DNA of 64,000 nt from Eubacteriales bacterium (GTDB taxonomy: Bacteria > Bacillota > Clostridia > Oscillospirales > CAG-272): the NCBI GenBank assembly GCA_045577415.1, contig JAZNII010000052.1, positions 992 to 64,991 of the forward strand, read 5' to 3'. Made by a program: the position numbers and the translations under genes. Below are positions 62,568-64,000 of the stretch, piece by piece. How positions within the stretch are numbered: position 1 is the first letter of the stretch; the number at the start of each line of letters is the position of its first letter. The notes beneath the pieces are model-generated. The model was given only the letters and a program-made list of their open reading frames with translations, had not been told where the DNA came from and searched no databases.

Positions 62568-64000
62568 TCATATCAGATTTGCAAGTTTGACTATCAGCCG
62601 TGACAAAAAACCGTTCAAAGCTCCACCGCTGCATATTTCCAAGGAGCGTATGGGATTGTCGGTAACGCTGATAAGCATCATTCGGTACGTGGGATCGATC
62701 CTTGCTTTTTTGCCTCCATACTGAGCAAATAAAAACAACTCCACCGCTTTATAAACGAGCTTCATAATAATCGAACCGTCCTTCATCTCGCAGATCGTAC
62801 TGCTAAGGTCATAATCTCCCTTTCGCTTTGCGTTCTCAACAGGTACGGAGCATCCCATAAGCTTTTCCCAGTCCTCGCGGGTCGGTTTGCACAAAAGGGT
62901 CTCGTATACGGTGTCGCGCAAGCTTTCGGGAGTTTCTACCGTCTCGCCCGAGACCTCTATCTCCGCTCTTGCCCTGATGTCCTCGCTTGACGAGCCTATC
63001 TCTATTCCGTAAACGCCACTCGGAACTCTCCAACCGTCCTGCCACACGGCAAAGCTTCTGTCGTCAAGGGCAAAGCTGACGGTTCTGCTCTCGCCTGCCT
63101 CAAGCTCTATTCTCTCGAAGCCTTTAAGCTCGCGTTGGGGTCGGAAAATGCCGTCTCTTGGCGGTGTGATATAAAGTTGGACTACCTCTGCGCCACTTCT
63201 CTCACCTGCATTCTTGACCGTGACCGACACCCTTCTGCCGTCAATCTTCACGTCTCCGTACTCAAAGCTTGTGTATGACAGACCGTATCCAAAGGGGTAA
63301 CGGACGGCGACATTTGCCGTAGAATAATAACGGTATCCCACGAACACGCTCTCGCGGTATTCGGGGTTCTTCTGTCCGAAGGTATCGGCAGAGATGATGT
63401 CGGCATAGTCCATCGGCCAGCTCTCGGTTAGCTTGCCCGAAGGACACGCTCTGCCCGTCAGCAGATCTGCCGCCGCCTCTCCTCCGCCTTGACCCGAAAG
63501 TCCCATATATAGTATCGCCTTGACCTTATCCGCCCAAGGAAGCTCCATAGCTCCTCCGCCAAATAAGACTACAACGGTGTTTTCGTTTACCTCGGCAACT
63601 CTTTCCGCAAGGAGATTATGATCCTTTGGCAAGCGCAGATGCTGGCGGTCAAACGCTTCGGACTCATAGAATTCCGGCAATCCGACCGCAACAACCGCGA
63701 TCCTATGACTCTTTGCCGCCGCTACCGCCGCTTCGATCTCACTCTCGCTGATATTTCCCTGCTCGTCGCCGCAAGGCAGATATAGAGAATTGGGCATAGC
63801 CTCGGCAAGGCTTGTCAGCTTTGTGGGATTGATATGGCTGCTTCCGCTTCCCTGATACCTTGGATCTGCCGCCATGCGACCTATAATCACCGCATCGGGT
63901 TCATTAAGCGGAAGGATATTTTCTTTGTTTTTTAACAGAACCGCGCCCTGCTCTGCCATCTTGCGCGCAAGAGCGTGATGAGACTCCTCATCAAAGGGTT
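62568..64000 (-). CDS. glycoside hydrolase family 3 beta-glucosidase-like protein, C-terminal part (5' end beyond the right edge)
   Basis: The reading frame stays open upstream of the called Met (..PFDEESHHALARKMAEQGAVLLKN). It has a GH3 C-terminal domain and an FnIII-like domain (FGYGLSYTSFEY). Confidence 0.85.
   Translation of the reverse strand, partial: PFDEESHHALARKMAEQGAVLLKNKENILPLNEPDAVIIGRMAADPRYQGSGSSHINPTKLTSLAEAMPNSLYLPCGDEQGNISESEIEAAVAAAKSHRIAVVAVGLPEFYESEAFDRQHLRLPKDHNLLAERVAEVNENTVVVLFGGGAMELPWADKVKAILYMGLSGQGGGEAAADLLTGRACPSGKLTESWPMDYADIISADTFGQKNPEYRESVFVGYRYYSTANVAVRYPFGYGLSYTSFEYGDVKIDGRRVSVTVKNAGERSGAEVVQLYITPPRDGIFRPQRELKGFERIELEAGESRTVSFALDDRSFAVWQDGWRVPSGVYGIEIGSSSEDIRARAEIEVSGETVETPESLRDTVYETLLCKPTREDWEKLMGCSVPVENAKRKGDYDLSSTICEMKDGSIIMKLVYKAVELFLFAQYGGKKARIDPTYRMMLISVTDNPIRSLEICSGGALNGFLSRLIVKLANLI

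Overview
This is a chromosomal window from a Bacillota (Clostridia-like) genome. The markers supporting that are RNase Y, miaB-ymcA-mutS-mutL synteny, TmcAL/YlbM, yceD-rpmF and rpsF-ssb-rpsR. About 85% of the genes are on the minus strand, and promoters are close to consensus (TTGACA-17-TATAAT, often with an extended TGn). From about 11.4 kb to 64 kb the content is ordinary housekeeping: rny, tldD/pmbA, tgt, mutL/mutS, miaB, folD, lgt, an M16 peptidase pair, mrp, rpmF, tmcAL, ansA, rhaA, a multidomain flavodiiron protein, glmM, mutS2, dxs, lnt, upp, mtaB, rpmB, rubrerythrin, rpsF-ssb-rpsR, tRNA-Pro(GGG) and a partial GH3 glycosidase. The left 11 kb looks accessory. It holds a pT181/Rep_trans-family rolling-circle initiator module (Rep, a translationally coupled 91-aa ORF, and an unannotated Com-like zinc-ribbon ORF). 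This module is divergently adjacent to a compact three-gene operon: a TerB-N/TerB-C protein, a DUF2791-type P-loop ATPase and an Lhr-like DEAD/DEAH helicase. I read that operon as a Shango-type anti-phage system, and it is the best candidate for a defence or DNA-processing system here. Other items worth a second look are listed below.
- A 190-nt highly structured leader, with an intrinsic terminator and an alternative antiterminator pairing, lies in front of a large BspA-type LRR surface lipoprotein gene.
- A GC-rich, hairpin-dense block next to tRNA-Pro contains colinear fragments of that tRNA.
- A GATTTCAT x4 mini-hairpin array sits between ymcA and mutS.
- An FprA-Hrb fusion protein is encoded at 40.5-42.3 kb.
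- An Lnt homologue occurs in a Firmicute context.
All calls come from reading the sequence and ORF translations. No database search was run.
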